A stretch of 64,000 nucleotides of DNA from an uncultured bacterium (GTDB lineage Bacteria; Chlamydiota; Chlamydiia; Chlamydiales; FEN-1388), in assembly GCA_964514655.1 (NCBI GenBank), contig CAZEQY010000014.1, positions 10,378 to 74,377 on the forward strand, read 5' to 3'. Below are positions 8,511 to 18,013 of the stretch, piece after piece. Position numbers and translations under genes: made by a program. A model generated the notes under the pieces. The model did no database searches. It worked only from the letters and a program-made list of their open reading frames with translations, and had not been told where the DNA came from. Every line of letters begins with the position of its first letter. The first letter of the stretch is position 1.

Positions 8511-11045
8511 ATGAGTAGTCGGGTTGCATCGTCGGCACGAGAGGATGATTCGTCAAGGCTTGTAAATCCTGCAAGGATAGCTCCTGAGCATGCAGGTAAG
8601 TTTTGTCAGCGATGGGACGTTGTCGTGCGAGGTGTCACAAAACTTGCTAAAGAGATTGTCCAGGTGGGTAATACCCTGCAGTCGCAGGTTGCTACAATAG
8701 ACAAAATACAGCATGCAATTAAGTGGCAAACAGCAACGCGAGATGATCTAAAGCGCTACGCAAGCCAGCTTTCTGATTATGATGGCGATCTTATACGATC
8801 TAAGGAACTTCTTTCAGGTAATAGTAGTGGGCTACATAAGTCTATTTCCGTTTTGCCCAATAGGGATGAGTTTCTTCATCTATTAGCGCTTTTAGAGAAT
8901 ATGGAAGTAGAGCTTTTCTTTGCACAAAAGAGTGTGCGCGAGCTTTTATCTCTTTGCTCTTCTAAGACCTATGTAGAGCTTTATAGCCAGGCAAAAGAGA
9001 TACGCACATTTGACGCTGCAGTTACAGCTACAAGTTCTCAAAAAGCGATCATTGCCTTTAACAGCAAAGTTACAGAAGTTGTTGGCGTTTTGTCTCGTCT
9101 TAAAATGCCCGAAGATAGTGATAAAGTGAGGCGAGCTTGTTTGGAGCTTTCTTTAGATACGCTTGAAGTCTGCAAGGCGCGGATTTGCCTTGTAGAGGGA
9201 GCTGAAAATAAAGATCTATTTCGGGAAGTGAAAGCTCTTGCTGAGAGGCATATCGAATCATCAAATCAAGAACTTACAAAGCTTGCTAAAGCAAAGCTTA
9301 AGCCTCGAGGAGATCCTGTAGAGGTATCATTAGAGCAGATTCCCTCCTCGGCCGATAAGGATCATGACTTTTGGAAAAAGGCGCCGGGATTTACGCACAC
9401 GAGATACCAGAAAAAGTGGGACTACCAGTCTACAGGCGGTCTTGGGGAAAAATTAATGAAAGATTTAGGCTTACGGTTGCCATCGTTCATTTTACAGCTT
9501 GAAAAGCGTCTTGTAGCGTTAAGTCAGGGTAGCGGTATTCCTGAAAATGAGGTAGACCGCCTTATAGCAACGCTAGAGCGCATGCAAACAGTTTTTGATG
9601 AGCATAAGGGCGAGTTGTACATGACGGGCTATGATAAGGTCTCTTTGACCCTTCATAACTACTTTAGTGCCATTAGATTTGAGTTAAAAGAAGCCTACCG
9701 GCGGCTGAAATATCTATATAAGTGTACAGAACCTGCCCGCTTTACTGTTTTTAAGGCTATGGGAGAGATGCGAAAGTGTTTTGGCAATCTTGAACAAACA
9801 CCCGCTACACATGCGTTGTTTCCTGCAGCAAAGGCAATGCAAGAAGCCCTTGTTGTTGCGCCCTCAAAAGAGGCAAAAAAACCACTTGATGTCTATATCA
9901 GAACAACAATAGAGCTATTAAATGAAGTGCACGCAAGACAAGATGCTGTGCTTCTAACACTTACGGAAGATGAGGCTCTTGTGCCGGATAAGCTCTTTAC
10001 GGCAGCATCACTTGAAGGTCTTTATAGGCAGGGTGAAGAAAGAAGCGGCATTCCGATAGCGCTTATGTCCTATCTTGCAAAAGAGATGATGCACGTTCTT
10101 TATCTGCCGCAACTTCCAAAAGATTTTATTCGCACGCTTATGCTAGAGCTTGTTCTTTATTTTCTTCGGAATAAACCTGAGCTAGAAAACACACTCGAAC
10201 AGCACCCAAGATTTAAAGAGATATATAATGAATATACCGCCGCGATACAAGCAACACGAGGCCTTCTTGCAAAAGCTCTAGAGCCTGCAGTGAATGTCGT
10301 AATTAGCTCACTTCGAGTACAGGGAGTAGCTGACTATGCAAGAGCATCAGAGCTTTACTTTGAATTTGTTACTGATAGCTCTAAGTATATGCCCGAAGAG
10401 CTTTTAGTCGATGTAAAGCTAGCTCTTTTTGCAAAGTGTAAATTTTCTTACTTTGATAGCGTGCGAGATGACAGCATAGATACATGGAAACTTGAGGAGT
10501 TTACTTCCTTTTATAAAAAGCTGACGACTGTATGCAATAGTCTTCGCTATAAGCTCACAGGAATTAGCGATCACATGCGTGAATGCATAGTTTTTGAATC
10601 AGTGATGCTTAGGGTGCTTTCTGTAGCGCTTTATTCCAAAACTGAAGCCGGAAGAAATATGGCAAAATCACTTATTCAGGCAGTGTGTAACGAAGAGCGC
10701 TATCAGCCCTATATGAAGATGCTTTCTGATCAAATCTGCCTGCTTTTTACTCGTAATGCAGTGAGCAATGTGATAGGGGCAAAAGTGTATACCCTTTCTT
10801 TGTTTGAGAAAACACTTCTCTTAAAAGGCCCTGTAAGGGCGTTTTTAGAGAAAGATGAAACTGACCATACAGATACTCAGGTTGATCTTATGCTTGCTAA
10901 GCTTATATACAGTGAGCAAAAGCTGCCACGTGATCAGCGTCTATTTTCGGCTGCCTGTCCTAAGCGGGTAGAGGGTTATGTAGAGCGGATGAAAGATCTA
11001 GAGCAGGGAGATCCTGTGCGACAAATTGGCGAGGGGGAGTTATGA
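8511..11045 (+). CDS. Large uncharacterised paralog-family protein, module 2 gene A (844 aa from ATG 8511)
   Basis: The ORF track opens at 8283, but that extension overlaps adk and the promoter motif. ATG 8511 follows AGGGG and gives the Ser-rich N-terminus MSSRVASSAREDDSS, like A1. Motif 1 is IALMSYLAKEMMHVLYLPQLPKDFIRTLMLELVLYFLRNKPEL. Motif 2 is CIVFESVMLRVLSVALYSKTE. Confidence 0.85.
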   Translation: MSSRVASSAREDDSSRLVNPARIAPEHAGKFCQRWDVVVRGVTKLAKEIVQVGNTLQSQVATIDKIQHAIKWQTATRDDLKRYASQLSDYDGDLIRSKELLSGNSSGLHKSISVLPNRDEFLHLLALLENMEVELFFAQKSVRELLSLCSSKTYVELYSQAKEIRTFDAAVTATSSQKAIIAFNSKVTEVVGVLSRLKMPEDSDKVRRACLELSLDTLEVCKARICLVEGAENKDLFREVKALAERHIESSNQELTKLAKAKLKPRGDPVEVSLEQIPSSADKDHDFWKKAPGFTHTRYQKKWDYQSTGGLGEKLMKDLGLRLPSFILQLEKRLVALSQGSGIPENEVDRLIATLERMQTVFDEHKGELYMTGYDKVSLTLHNYFSAIRFELKEAYRRLKYLYKCTEPARFTVFKAMGEMRKCFGNLEQTPATHALFPAAKAMQEALVVAPSKEAKKPLDVYIRTTIELLNEVHARQDAVLLTLTEDEALVPDKLFTAASLEGLYRQGEERSGIPIALMSYLAKEMMHVLYLPQLPKDFIRTLMLELVLYFLRNKPELENTLEQHPRFKEIYNEYTAAIQATRGLLAKALEPAVNVVISSLRVQGVADYARASELYFEFVTDSSKYMPEELLVDVKLALFAKCKFSYFDSVRDDSIDTWKLEEFTSFYKKLTTVCNSLRYKLTGISDHMRECIVFESVMLRVLSVALYSKTEAGRNMAKSLIQAVCNEERYQPYMKMLSDQICLLFTRNAVSNVIGAKVYTLSLFEKTLLLKGPVRAFLEKDETDHTDTQVDLMLAKLIYSEQKLPRDQRLFSAACPKRVEGYVERMKDLEQGDPVRQIGEGEL

Positions 11046-13210
11046 CAGTAGATGTTCGATTAGTAGAGGCTCAAAGGGCGCTTTTTTGGCCGGATGAGCG
11101 GGCTCCATCTCTAGATCAACTTCGAGATGATTTACGCGTGGTGCGAGAAGAGGCTTATGCCAACATTCCCCCAAGAAGCGGCCAAGAGCTTGTTTCGTAT
11201 ATGCAGCGAGTGAGGGTTATACAGGGAGACTGCATGCTTTTGCAAAATTGCCTTACGCTTTTAGAGTCTATGAACCCTGCAAACTATACGGCAATGTATG
11301 CGAACATTGGTGCTCTTGTCACAATACTTCAAGAAGTATTGAATCCAGAAGTTTTAGTTGCTCATAAGGTGGAGCGGCTTAAGGCACAAAATCCCGAAAT
11401 ACAAAACAACTGTCCATACTATCTAGCAAAAGAGCTCTTTCTTGTTTTAGAAAAGGCGCTAGAAAAGGCTCTAGAGCAGGCAAGACACCTTCCGGAGCAA
11501 GATCCATCTAAAACGGAGCTTGAAGAGCAGGTAAGGACGATTAGTCAACGTAAGGAACTATTGCAGGGACAGCTTCCAGCCTTTGAGCGACCAGTGTGGG
11601 ACTATCAAGCTCAGCGTGTTGGCGATTTAGTAGAAGAGCTTAAAACCGCTTATGATGCTTCCTATTCATTTTGGAAAGGAGCACCTTCAGGAACGTGGTT
11701 AAGCTACAAAACTCCGTTCTTTAAATGGTATATACAGACAGGTCTTCATGGCGTGACGTTTGAGAAGGATACCGGACAAATCGTAGGCGGCCTTCAAAAA
11801 AAGATCGAGGCAACGTTTCAGAAGCTTATGCGTCTTGAATATACTCAAGAACAGTATGAGCAAGAGCTTAATCGGCTTTTGTCAGTTTTTATTTCGTTTA
11901 ACGAATTTTTTGATGCTAGTTATAATGAGATATTTGATAAAGAGCCGGATGCTCTCTATGTGCAGCTTCTAAAGTATGCAAATTTTGTACGCCTTACGCT
12001 TTATTCTATCAGAAATGGCCTGCTCACGCTCAAGGGCTTTGCAACACAAAAAGCCTTTTCAATTTTTGCCGCTATGAAAGCTTGTAATGACTATCACGTA
12101 GCCCCTCCATCATGGCAAAAGCTTGTCTGTCTTTTCACCGCAGCAAAAGCTCTTGATGATATTGTTTTGGACATTCGTGAAAATGAGTTCTTGGTGTATT
12201 CACATCGCACAGCAAAAAAAGAACTTAGACGTGCAGCACAAGAAGATGTTGCATTAGATGCTGCTGAGCAAGGTGTATGGGAGCGCATGATGCACGGCAA
12301 GGCGCACGTTTCAGAAGAGTGTGTGCAAAGCTATACTCTAAAACGTATCATCGAGGTGCTCTACCTGACAGATATAAGAGATATCGATGTGCCCTTTGAG
12401 CTTTTTATCCATACCCTAAAGCAAGATCCGGCCTATCAACAAATAGATATTCTCAAACAGGCTATAGAGGCCTACGACAGGCAATTTGCCCGGGAGCGAA
12501 ACAGCGAGAGCCTAGCAAAGGCGTGCGAGCTTCTTAGCGGCATTTTTTCACTAGAAGAGCGCGAGTATGACCTTGAGTGCTACGTAAGGATCTTTATTCG
12601 TTGTACCGAATTTACAAATGCCAATAGCCTCTCTCTCTTTCTTTTTGCAAGACTAGACGCCCATATAGATGGAAAATATACCCCAATAAAGGACGATCTT
12701 CGAAGAATGGTGGCAACCGCACTGTATGGCTCCAATGTAGATGAGCAAAAGCGAGCTCAAGAACAAATCTATAAAGCCTATGAGCAAGGGCGCATAAAAG
12801 CCTTGGCGCCTGATCTTGAGACGCTTTTTTATCTAAATACCATGCGCAAACTTGTGCGTAAAGAAAAGGTGCATAAAGAAGAAGTGCAGCAGCTAGCAAA
12901 GGGCCCAATAGCAGAGTTTAAGCAAACAAAGAAAGTGAACGATCGTAGACTCTTTGACACCTTATATACCCTTATTCGCGATGAGCGTAAAAAGAAAGAG
13001 GCTGATAGAACGCTTACAAGAGAACTGGGTCGAGAGGTGGAAGCGTGGTTTGAACAGTATGAGCGTCTTTTAGCATCTTCAGAAATCAACCACGCTGTAG
13101 CAGCTAAAGATCGCGAAATTGAACTCACTAACGACCTTGGCTATACCGGGTTTAAGGCCTGGCAGACTCATGTAAAGCAGTCTATTGAACTATCTAAAGC
13201 CGTTAAGTAA
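11042..13210 (+). CDS. Large uncharacterised paralog-family protein, module 2 gene B (722 aa)
   Basis: ATGA start/stop overlap with A2 (11042-11045), with GGGGGAG upstream. Motif 1 is YTLKRIIEVLYLTDIRDIDVPFELFIHTLKQDPAYQQ. Motif 2 is DLRRMVATALYGSNVDE. Confidence 0.85.
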   Translation: MTVDVRLVEAQRALFWPDERAPSLDQLRDDLRVVREEAYANIPPRSGQELVSYMQRVRVIQGDCMLLQNCLTLLESMNPANYTAMYANIGALVTILQEVLNPEVLVAHKVERLKAQNPEIQNNCPYYLAKELFLVLEKALEKALEQARHLPEQDPSKTELEEQVRTISQRKELLQGQLPAFERPVWDYQAQRVGDLVEELKTAYDASYSFWKGAPSGTWLSYKTPFFKWYIQTGLHGVTFEKDTGQIVGGLQKKIEATFQKLMRLEYTQEQYEQELNRLLSVFISFNEFFDASYNEIFDKEPDALYVQLLKYANFVRLTLYSIRNGLLTLKGFATQKAFSIFAAMKACNDYHVAPPSWQKLVCLFTAAKALDDIVLDIRENEFLVYSHRTAKKELRRAAQEDVALDAAEQGVWERMMHGKAHVSEECVQSYTLKRIIEVLYLTDIRDIDVPFELFIHTLKQDPAYQQIDILKQAIEAYDRQFARERNSESLAKACELLSGIFSLEEREYDLECYVRIFIRCTEFTNANSLSLFLFARLDAHIDGKYTPIKDDLRRMVATALYGSNVDEQKRAQEQIYKAYEQGRIKALAPDLETLFYLNTMRKLVRKEKVHKEEVQQLAKGPIAEFKQTKKVNDRRLFDTLYTLIRDERKKKEADRTLTRELGREVEAWFEQYERLLASSEINHAVAAKDREIELTNDLGYTGFKAWQTHVKQSIELSKAVK

Positions 13211-15820
13211 GCACCATGAGACTATATTGTTGTTCGTCACTGTGTCGGGTAGAGCTTTTGGTAGCTCCTGACGACTTTTTACGTAGATGGCTTGGGCTTC
13301 TAGGAGTAGACGTTCTTTTTCCTGTTTCAGAGCTTTTTGGGCTCGATACGCTAATGGGATAATAGCCTTCCATAGTTCTTTCCCAAAGGTGCCTCGTTTT
13401 ACGTCAACAAGAACATCCATCCTCACATTCGCTTCAGGTTGGAGACTAACGTACTGCAAGAGGGCAAATTCCATAGTAGCCATACCTACTTGCCTTCTCC
13501 AAAATTCGCGTTCCTTTGGCTGTTGAATGTATTCTTTAAATAGCTTGTCTAAAAGCTCCAGTCTGCCGCTGTAAGAACCTTCTGCAAACTGCTCAAGAAG
13601 CCACTTGTCAAAAAGAAGACGAAGAGGACTATCTTCTGCCGGAAGATCATCGACGTGTGTGTGTTTGGCATATTCAATAAGCTTGGCAGTTGCGTTGGCA
13701 TCCTCATCATATAGGCTTAAGGCAAGGGCGTTATAGAGGGCTGCATCTTTTTCTTCGTCTTGAAGCCCATACAGAGGCTTTTCGGTGAGTACTAAAGTAG
13801 CGCTTTTACTATAGGCTGGAAGCTGAAGTGATTCTTCGATCAGCGTGAATGAAGTTTCTAAGCGTCTTGTAAGCCATCCGATGCGTGATGAATTGATGTT
13901 TTTTAGTAACACCTTTGCTTGTACATAGCGAAAAACTGCTTCTTTCTTGCCGTTTGTTGTTGCAAGGCAGGAGAGTACATCTGTTATTGCTTGAAGTTCC
14001 TCATGTGAAATTGTCTTTTGTTCATCATATTCTCTCAGGAGGACTTTCAAGGTTTCGTTGTGGTAGCAGGCATCACTAAAGGCTTTAGAATAGAGTGGGT
14101 CTGTAGAAAGTATATGAATAACAGTTTCACATTCAGTATCTTCACTTTTTTCATCGGAATAGTAAAGATGTGCGATAAGACGCTTTTCAAGATAGTGAAG
14201 TACATCTTCTGGTAATGCAGGTGCGCGAAGTGAGTTTTCGCCATGAGGAAAAGGTGTTCTCCTGTAGATTGAATTTGGCACTTGCTTTTCGCTTTCAGTT
14301 AGCTCGAGTGTTTTTCTGCCTGTTACAGAAAGTATATCTTGAAGAACCTCAGTACTTAGCCGCTGTATCCGATCGTGAAAGCGCTTATTTTTTGCAGGAT
14401 CTACTAAAGAGCATACTGCTTTTGTTGCGTTAAGAAGGTGGGTGATGGATCGTACTTTCAGATACTGGATAGTGTCAAGAAGTGCACGTACACTAGGTTT
14501 CATTGATCCAGTGGCTAAAAGAGCAAAATCCTGCAAGTAGGTGCGAGCTTCAGCGAGTTTTGCAAACTGTTTTGCCACATAAGACCAACCAGCACGTACG
14601 CTTGGAGTAAAGGCTATTTCTGATAAGGCCCTTCTTTGTTTATGGATCTCTAGCTCGATAAATGCAAGAAGTTGCTTATACTGCCCAAGTTCATCCTCAA
14701 GAGTTGCAAAACAGGTCATAAGTGATCCCTTACAGCAAACTCTAATTCGAGCCTGGATGAGTTTGACAAACTCCTGTAGGGCTTTAGCTATACTCGTAAG
14801 TTCAGAGATTTCAGGGGAGATATTTCTATATGGGCCCACAAGAGGGGCTGTTGCACCAATTTGTCCACCGCGAAATTTATCATACGATTCAAGGCTTTCA
14901 GATTTTGCTCTCTTGATAAAAGCAGCGATAAATTCCTGACTCCAGGCAGGGATAGCGTGCTGGGGTATTGGAAGTGCATGCTTTAGTGCTTCAGCGGTTG
15001 CTTGCTCCTCTAGCCGTTGAAGATGAGCGCGCTCTTGGCTCTCTTCTGGCAACGATTCACGTCTACTTAACGCAGCAAAGGCGATATATCTAAAAAGCTC
15101 TTCGACAAGTAGTGTTATCTCTTTCAAGATGATTGGCGCTTTTGTTCCAAGTTCTTGTTTTTTTGTGGCGATATGCTGCTTTACCTCTTCAAAAAGCACT
15201 CCAAGAGAGCTTTCGGTGGCATCTTTTGCTTCTACTTTTCGAAGCGTGTCTTTAAAGAACTTAAAGCTTTTTTCATAGCTTTCAGAATCTATTACTGTGA
15301 GAAGTTCAGCAGCTTTATGCTTCAGCGGGTGCTGCAAAAACTCTATCTTAAAAAGACGCCTTACGGCTTTTGCGATGTGCGCATCCTCTTCGATAATAGC
15401 GATATCTTGATAGCGATTTTGAGCTTTTTGTGCATCAGCTAGCATCCTGCTGTTAAGATCTCTAAGCTCTTTTGTCCAGGTTTCATGGGTTTGTACGACA
15501 ACATCTTTTTGTACGCGCCTTTCATGAAGGCCCTGAAATTTTTGGTTAAGGTCTGTGGCATATTCACCCTCAGTAGCTTTAAGCACCTTGCCAAGTGTAT
15601 CAAGTACTGTGTCATCAGAGGGGGGGCTTTTGTCTTTTGCGTAGGTAAACCGACGATGTGCTTTAGGGCCTTTTTCAATGTTTGCTTCGACACGAATTAT
15701 CATTAATGGAGCATCCGGGTCTTCAGTTTCAGATAAGGCTGCAGCATTTACAAAGTCTTTAAACGATTCGTGAGAGGATTGTAATTGCATCCGCATTGTT
15801 GCATCGTAAACACCAAACAT
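13190..15820 (-). CDS. Large uncharacterised paralog-family protein, module 2 gene C (876 aa from ATG 15820)
   Basis: ATG 15820 is preceded by GGAGGA 7 nt upstream. The track start at 15898 lies inside the A3 promoter motif. Motif 1 is DVLHYLEKRLIAHLYYSDEKSEDTECETVIHILSTDPLYSKAF. Motif 2 is AALYNALALSLYDEDAN. C-type signature is EFWRRQVGMATMEFALLQYV. Confidence 0.85.
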   Translation of the reverse strand: MFGVYDATMRMQLQSSHESFKDFVNAAALSETEDPDAPLMIIRVEANIEKGPKAHRRFTYAKDKSPPSDDTVLDTLGKVLKATEGEYATDLNQKFQGLHERRVQKDVVVQTHETWTKELRDLNSRMLADAQKAQNRYQDIAIIEEDAHIAKAVRRLFKIEFLQHPLKHKAAELLTVIDSESYEKSFKFFKDTLRKVEAKDATESSLGVLFEEVKQHIATKKQELGTKAPIILKEITLLVEELFRYIAFAALSRRESLPEESQERAHLQRLEEQATAEALKHALPIPQHAIPAWSQEFIAAFIKRAKSESLESYDKFRGGQIGATAPLVGPYRNISPEISELTSIAKALQEFVKLIQARIRVCCKGSLMTCFATLEDELGQYKQLLAFIELEIHKQRRALSEIAFTPSVRAGWSYVAKQFAKLAEARTYLQDFALLATGSMKPSVRALLDTIQYLKVRSITHLLNATKAVCSLVDPAKNKRFHDRIQRLSTEVLQDILSVTGRKTLELTESEKQVPNSIYRRTPFPHGENSLRAPALPEDVLHYLEKRLIAHLYYSDEKSEDTECETVIHILSTDPLYSKAFSDACYHNETLKVLLREYDEQKTISHEELQAITDVLSCLATTNGKKEAVFRYVQAKVLLKNINSSRIGWLTRRLETSFTLIEESLQLPAYSKSATLVLTEKPLYGLQDEEKDAALYNALALSLYDEDANATAKLIEYAKHTHVDDLPAEDSPLRLLFDKWLLEQFAEGSYSGRLELLDKLFKEYIQQPKEREFWRRQVGMATMEFALLQYVSLQPEANVRMDVLVDVKRGTFGKELWKAIIPLAYRAQKALKQEKERLLLEAQAIYVKSRQELPKALPDTVTNNNIVSWCLLNGFR

Positions 15821-15869
15821 AGCCGTCCTCCATTTTCTTAACTGTGTATCACAAGAGCTATTAAAATGC

Positions 15870-15898
15870 TTGACTTTACATCTCGTCAAGGAGTACAT
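15870..15898 (+). promoter_or_regulatory. Promoter-like element TTGACT-N17-GTACAT upstream of family gene A3
   Basis: TTGACT at 15870-15875, a 17-nt spacer, then GTACAT at 15893-15898, 27 nt before ATG 15926. The -35 hexamer is half of a palindrome cTTGAC...GTCAAg that also offers TTGACG to the divergent C2 gene. Confidence 0.45.
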
Positions 15899-15925
15899 CG
15901 TTAAGCAATAGAAAGAGGAAATTCT

Positions 15926-18010
15926 ATGTCAGTACGAGTTGAAATTCGGGCTCCGGGTCAAGGTGATACCATTTGTAGGCCTATTGATAAAAAGCTGCGT
16001 CAGGCAAGATCAAGCCTTACTCAGCTTGTACAAGAGCTTACTTCGTTAGAGTATACCTTCAAGTGGTCCGGTACTGTAGACTATGCAAGACTTGCAGCGT
16101 GCGAGGAAAATGTGCAGGTGCTTGTGGCAAAAAGTTTTGGCCCTACAGGCTATCACAATGAGATGGCAACACTTGATGAGTTTTTAGAAGCAAAGAGGCT
16201 TGAACTTGAGATCATGCGGGTTCAAGCAGCTGTTAAAAGGCTTAAACAGCCTATTAATCTTGACAAGCTCAAGGCATATGAAAAGGAAGTTCCTGAGGTT
16301 TTAGAACAAGAGGAGGAAGAGATCTCTTCTCCCAGAAAACCGGAATATGGCCTTTGGCACCATGTTCCAAGGCATCTAACTGCCTACCAGACCGGGCTTA
16401 GTAAAGTGTGGAGTGATCCCTATGACAATACGACAAAAGTGGCAACTGCTTTAGAAAAGCTAGTAGGTCAAAAAATCTGGAGGTTTATAGACCAGCTTGA
16501 TGCATCGCTTGATGATTTTTGTTTGTGGGATCTACAGCCAAATGATGACATAGGGTTACGAGATAAACGAGAAGCATTTGAGAAGCTGTACGTAAATTTT
16601 AGAGGGCTGAATCGGTCGGTTGGAGTTCTTAATGATGGATTAACTCCCTATCTTCGTACTTTTATTCACGGAATCGCTTTTACGTTAGTGTCGGCAAAAA
16701 GTAGACTTACAAGATTGCAAGCATGCTCTCAAGAGCAGGCATTTGCAACGCTTGCTGTGATACAAAGTGCAAAAAAGGCATTAGGGCAAGAGCGCGATGT
16801 AGTAGCTTTTTATAGCATGCATAAAAAGCTACAAGAAGCAAAAGAGTATGAATATACCCCTAGCCAGTTTGACCGCTTTTTACAGCGTACACATAAAGAG
16901 CTTGCAAGACTTATTGCAAATGCTCGCTTTGAGCTTGATGAAGATGCAAAGCTTGTTCCTGCGAAAATTCTTCGTAAAGGCTATTTGCAAGACCATGTAA
17001 GGCAAGGCATGCCGCCAGAAATTGTGAGGTATCTTGCCAACAAAATGGTTCATAGCCTTGTACATGGTCATATTGATATGGAGCTTGAGCTTGCGCGGTA
17101 TGCGATACAGATTGATCCTTTGCTGCAAAGTCACTACTTCTACAAACTTGCATCACTTAAAGGCGTAATTGAAGCTTATGATCAGATGGTTCAAGCAAAG
17201 AGGGCAACCATTCTTCAAGATCTGCCACGAGCCTGTTCGATTGCTTGTGAAGCCCTGTCAGTGACAGATATTTATGGGTATGCACGCTGTATGGAGCGCA
17301 TGTTGAGAGAGGCTCCTAGCTTTTCAGAAGAATCAAGGCCTCTTCTTGGCGTATTGGGCCGCTACATACAAAGAGAGGGCTATCCGGTAGTCTTGCCGCT
17401 AGTTGATGTTGCAGCTATGAGGCACTGGGCAGTATTTAAGCCTGTAGATCTATTTAAGCAGCTATCACTAGTAGGTGATTATGTGACAGGTACCACCCAG
17501 CAGTTCTTTGAGTCGCTTGTTTTTCGTCTTGTATGCTCGGCTATGTATGGGCCGCCGATTGAAAAGATAATAGGTCAGCTGCAGCTTTCTGGGTTCTATA
17601 ATTTGAGCGAATATCAGAGCTATATGATGCAGCTATCGCCCCATGTGAGAGAATTGATTAATCAAAACTCAATCAACAAACTGCTAGCCTATAGCCCTAT
17701 GCTGGATACAGAAAAGCGTGGCATACTCACAGATGTTGAGATGAAATTTTTTGAAGAGGGGCCGATAAAAGCACTTTTTGCAGGGTCGTTAAATGGGGCT
17801 GATGTGCCGCTCTGGCTATTGCCGCTCGTGAAGATGGAGCGTGTATTGCAGGTGGTGGGTGAGCACTCTGTTACAGAACGACTAAAGAAACGGTGGAAAG
17901 ATCAAGAGTTTGACCGCTGGATAGCTGAAGACCTTCCTCAAGGTTCTAGCGTAGATGAAAAAGTAGTGCAAGAATATAGGAAACAGCTGCTTCAGGCAGT
18001 AAAAGGATAG
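15926..18010 (+). CDS. Large uncharacterised paralog-family protein, module 3 gene A (694 aa)
   Basis: AAGAGGA precedes the ATG. Motif 1 is EIVRYLANKMVHSLVHGHIDMELELARYAIQIDPLLQSHYF. Motif 2 is QFFESLVFRLVCSAMYGPP. Confidence 0.85.
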   Translation: MSVRVEIRAPGQGDTICRPIDKKLRQARSSLTQLVQELTSLEYTFKWSGTVDYARLAACEENVQVLVAKSFGPTGYHNEMATLDEFLEAKRLELEIMRVQAAVKRLKQPINLDKLKAYEKEVPEVLEQEEEEISSPRKPEYGLWHHVPRHLTAYQTGLSKVWSDPYDNTTKVATALEKLVGQKIWRFIDQLDASLDDFCLWDLQPNDDIGLRDKREAFEKLYVNFRGLNRSVGVLNDGLTPYLRTFIHGIAFTLVSAKSRLTRLQACSQEQAFATLAVIQSAKKALGQERDVVAFYSMHKKLQEAKEYEYTPSQFDRFLQRTHKELARLIANARFELDEDAKLVPAKILRKGYLQDHVRQGMPPEIVRYLANKMVHSLVHGHIDMELELARYAIQIDPLLQSHYFYKLASLKGVIEAYDQMVQAKRATILQDLPRACSIACEALSVTDIYGYARCMERMLREAPSFSEESRPLLGVLGRYIQREGYPVVLPLVDVAAMRHWAVFKPVDLFKQLSLVGDYVTGTTQQFFESLVFRLVCSAMYGPPIEKIIGQLQLSGFYNLSEYQSYMMQLSPHVRELINQNSINKLLAYSPMLDTEKRGILTDVEMKFFEEGPIKALFAGSLNGADVPLWLLPLVKMERVLQVVGEHSVTERLKKRWKDQEFDRWIAEDLPQGSSVDEKVVQEYRKQLLQAVKG

Positions 18011-18013
18011 TCC

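Noticed and set aside
12612-13128. Antisense ORFs of 98-99 aa, and the many other 60-100-aa ORFs inside the large paralog genes (for example 351..554, 1800..1982, 3147..3407, 14018..14433, 16880..17156, 20883..21176)
   Set aside because: All are embedded antisense or out of frame in much longer ORFs that carry the family motifs. I saw no SD or conserved motif. They are expected by chance in long genes of this composition.
15821-15898. Longer start (15898) for the module-2 C gene
   Set aside because: ATG 15820 has a strong GGAGGA 7 nt upstream. The 15898 ATG coincides with the GTACAT element of the divergent A3 promoter and would leave only 27 nt between the divergent genes.
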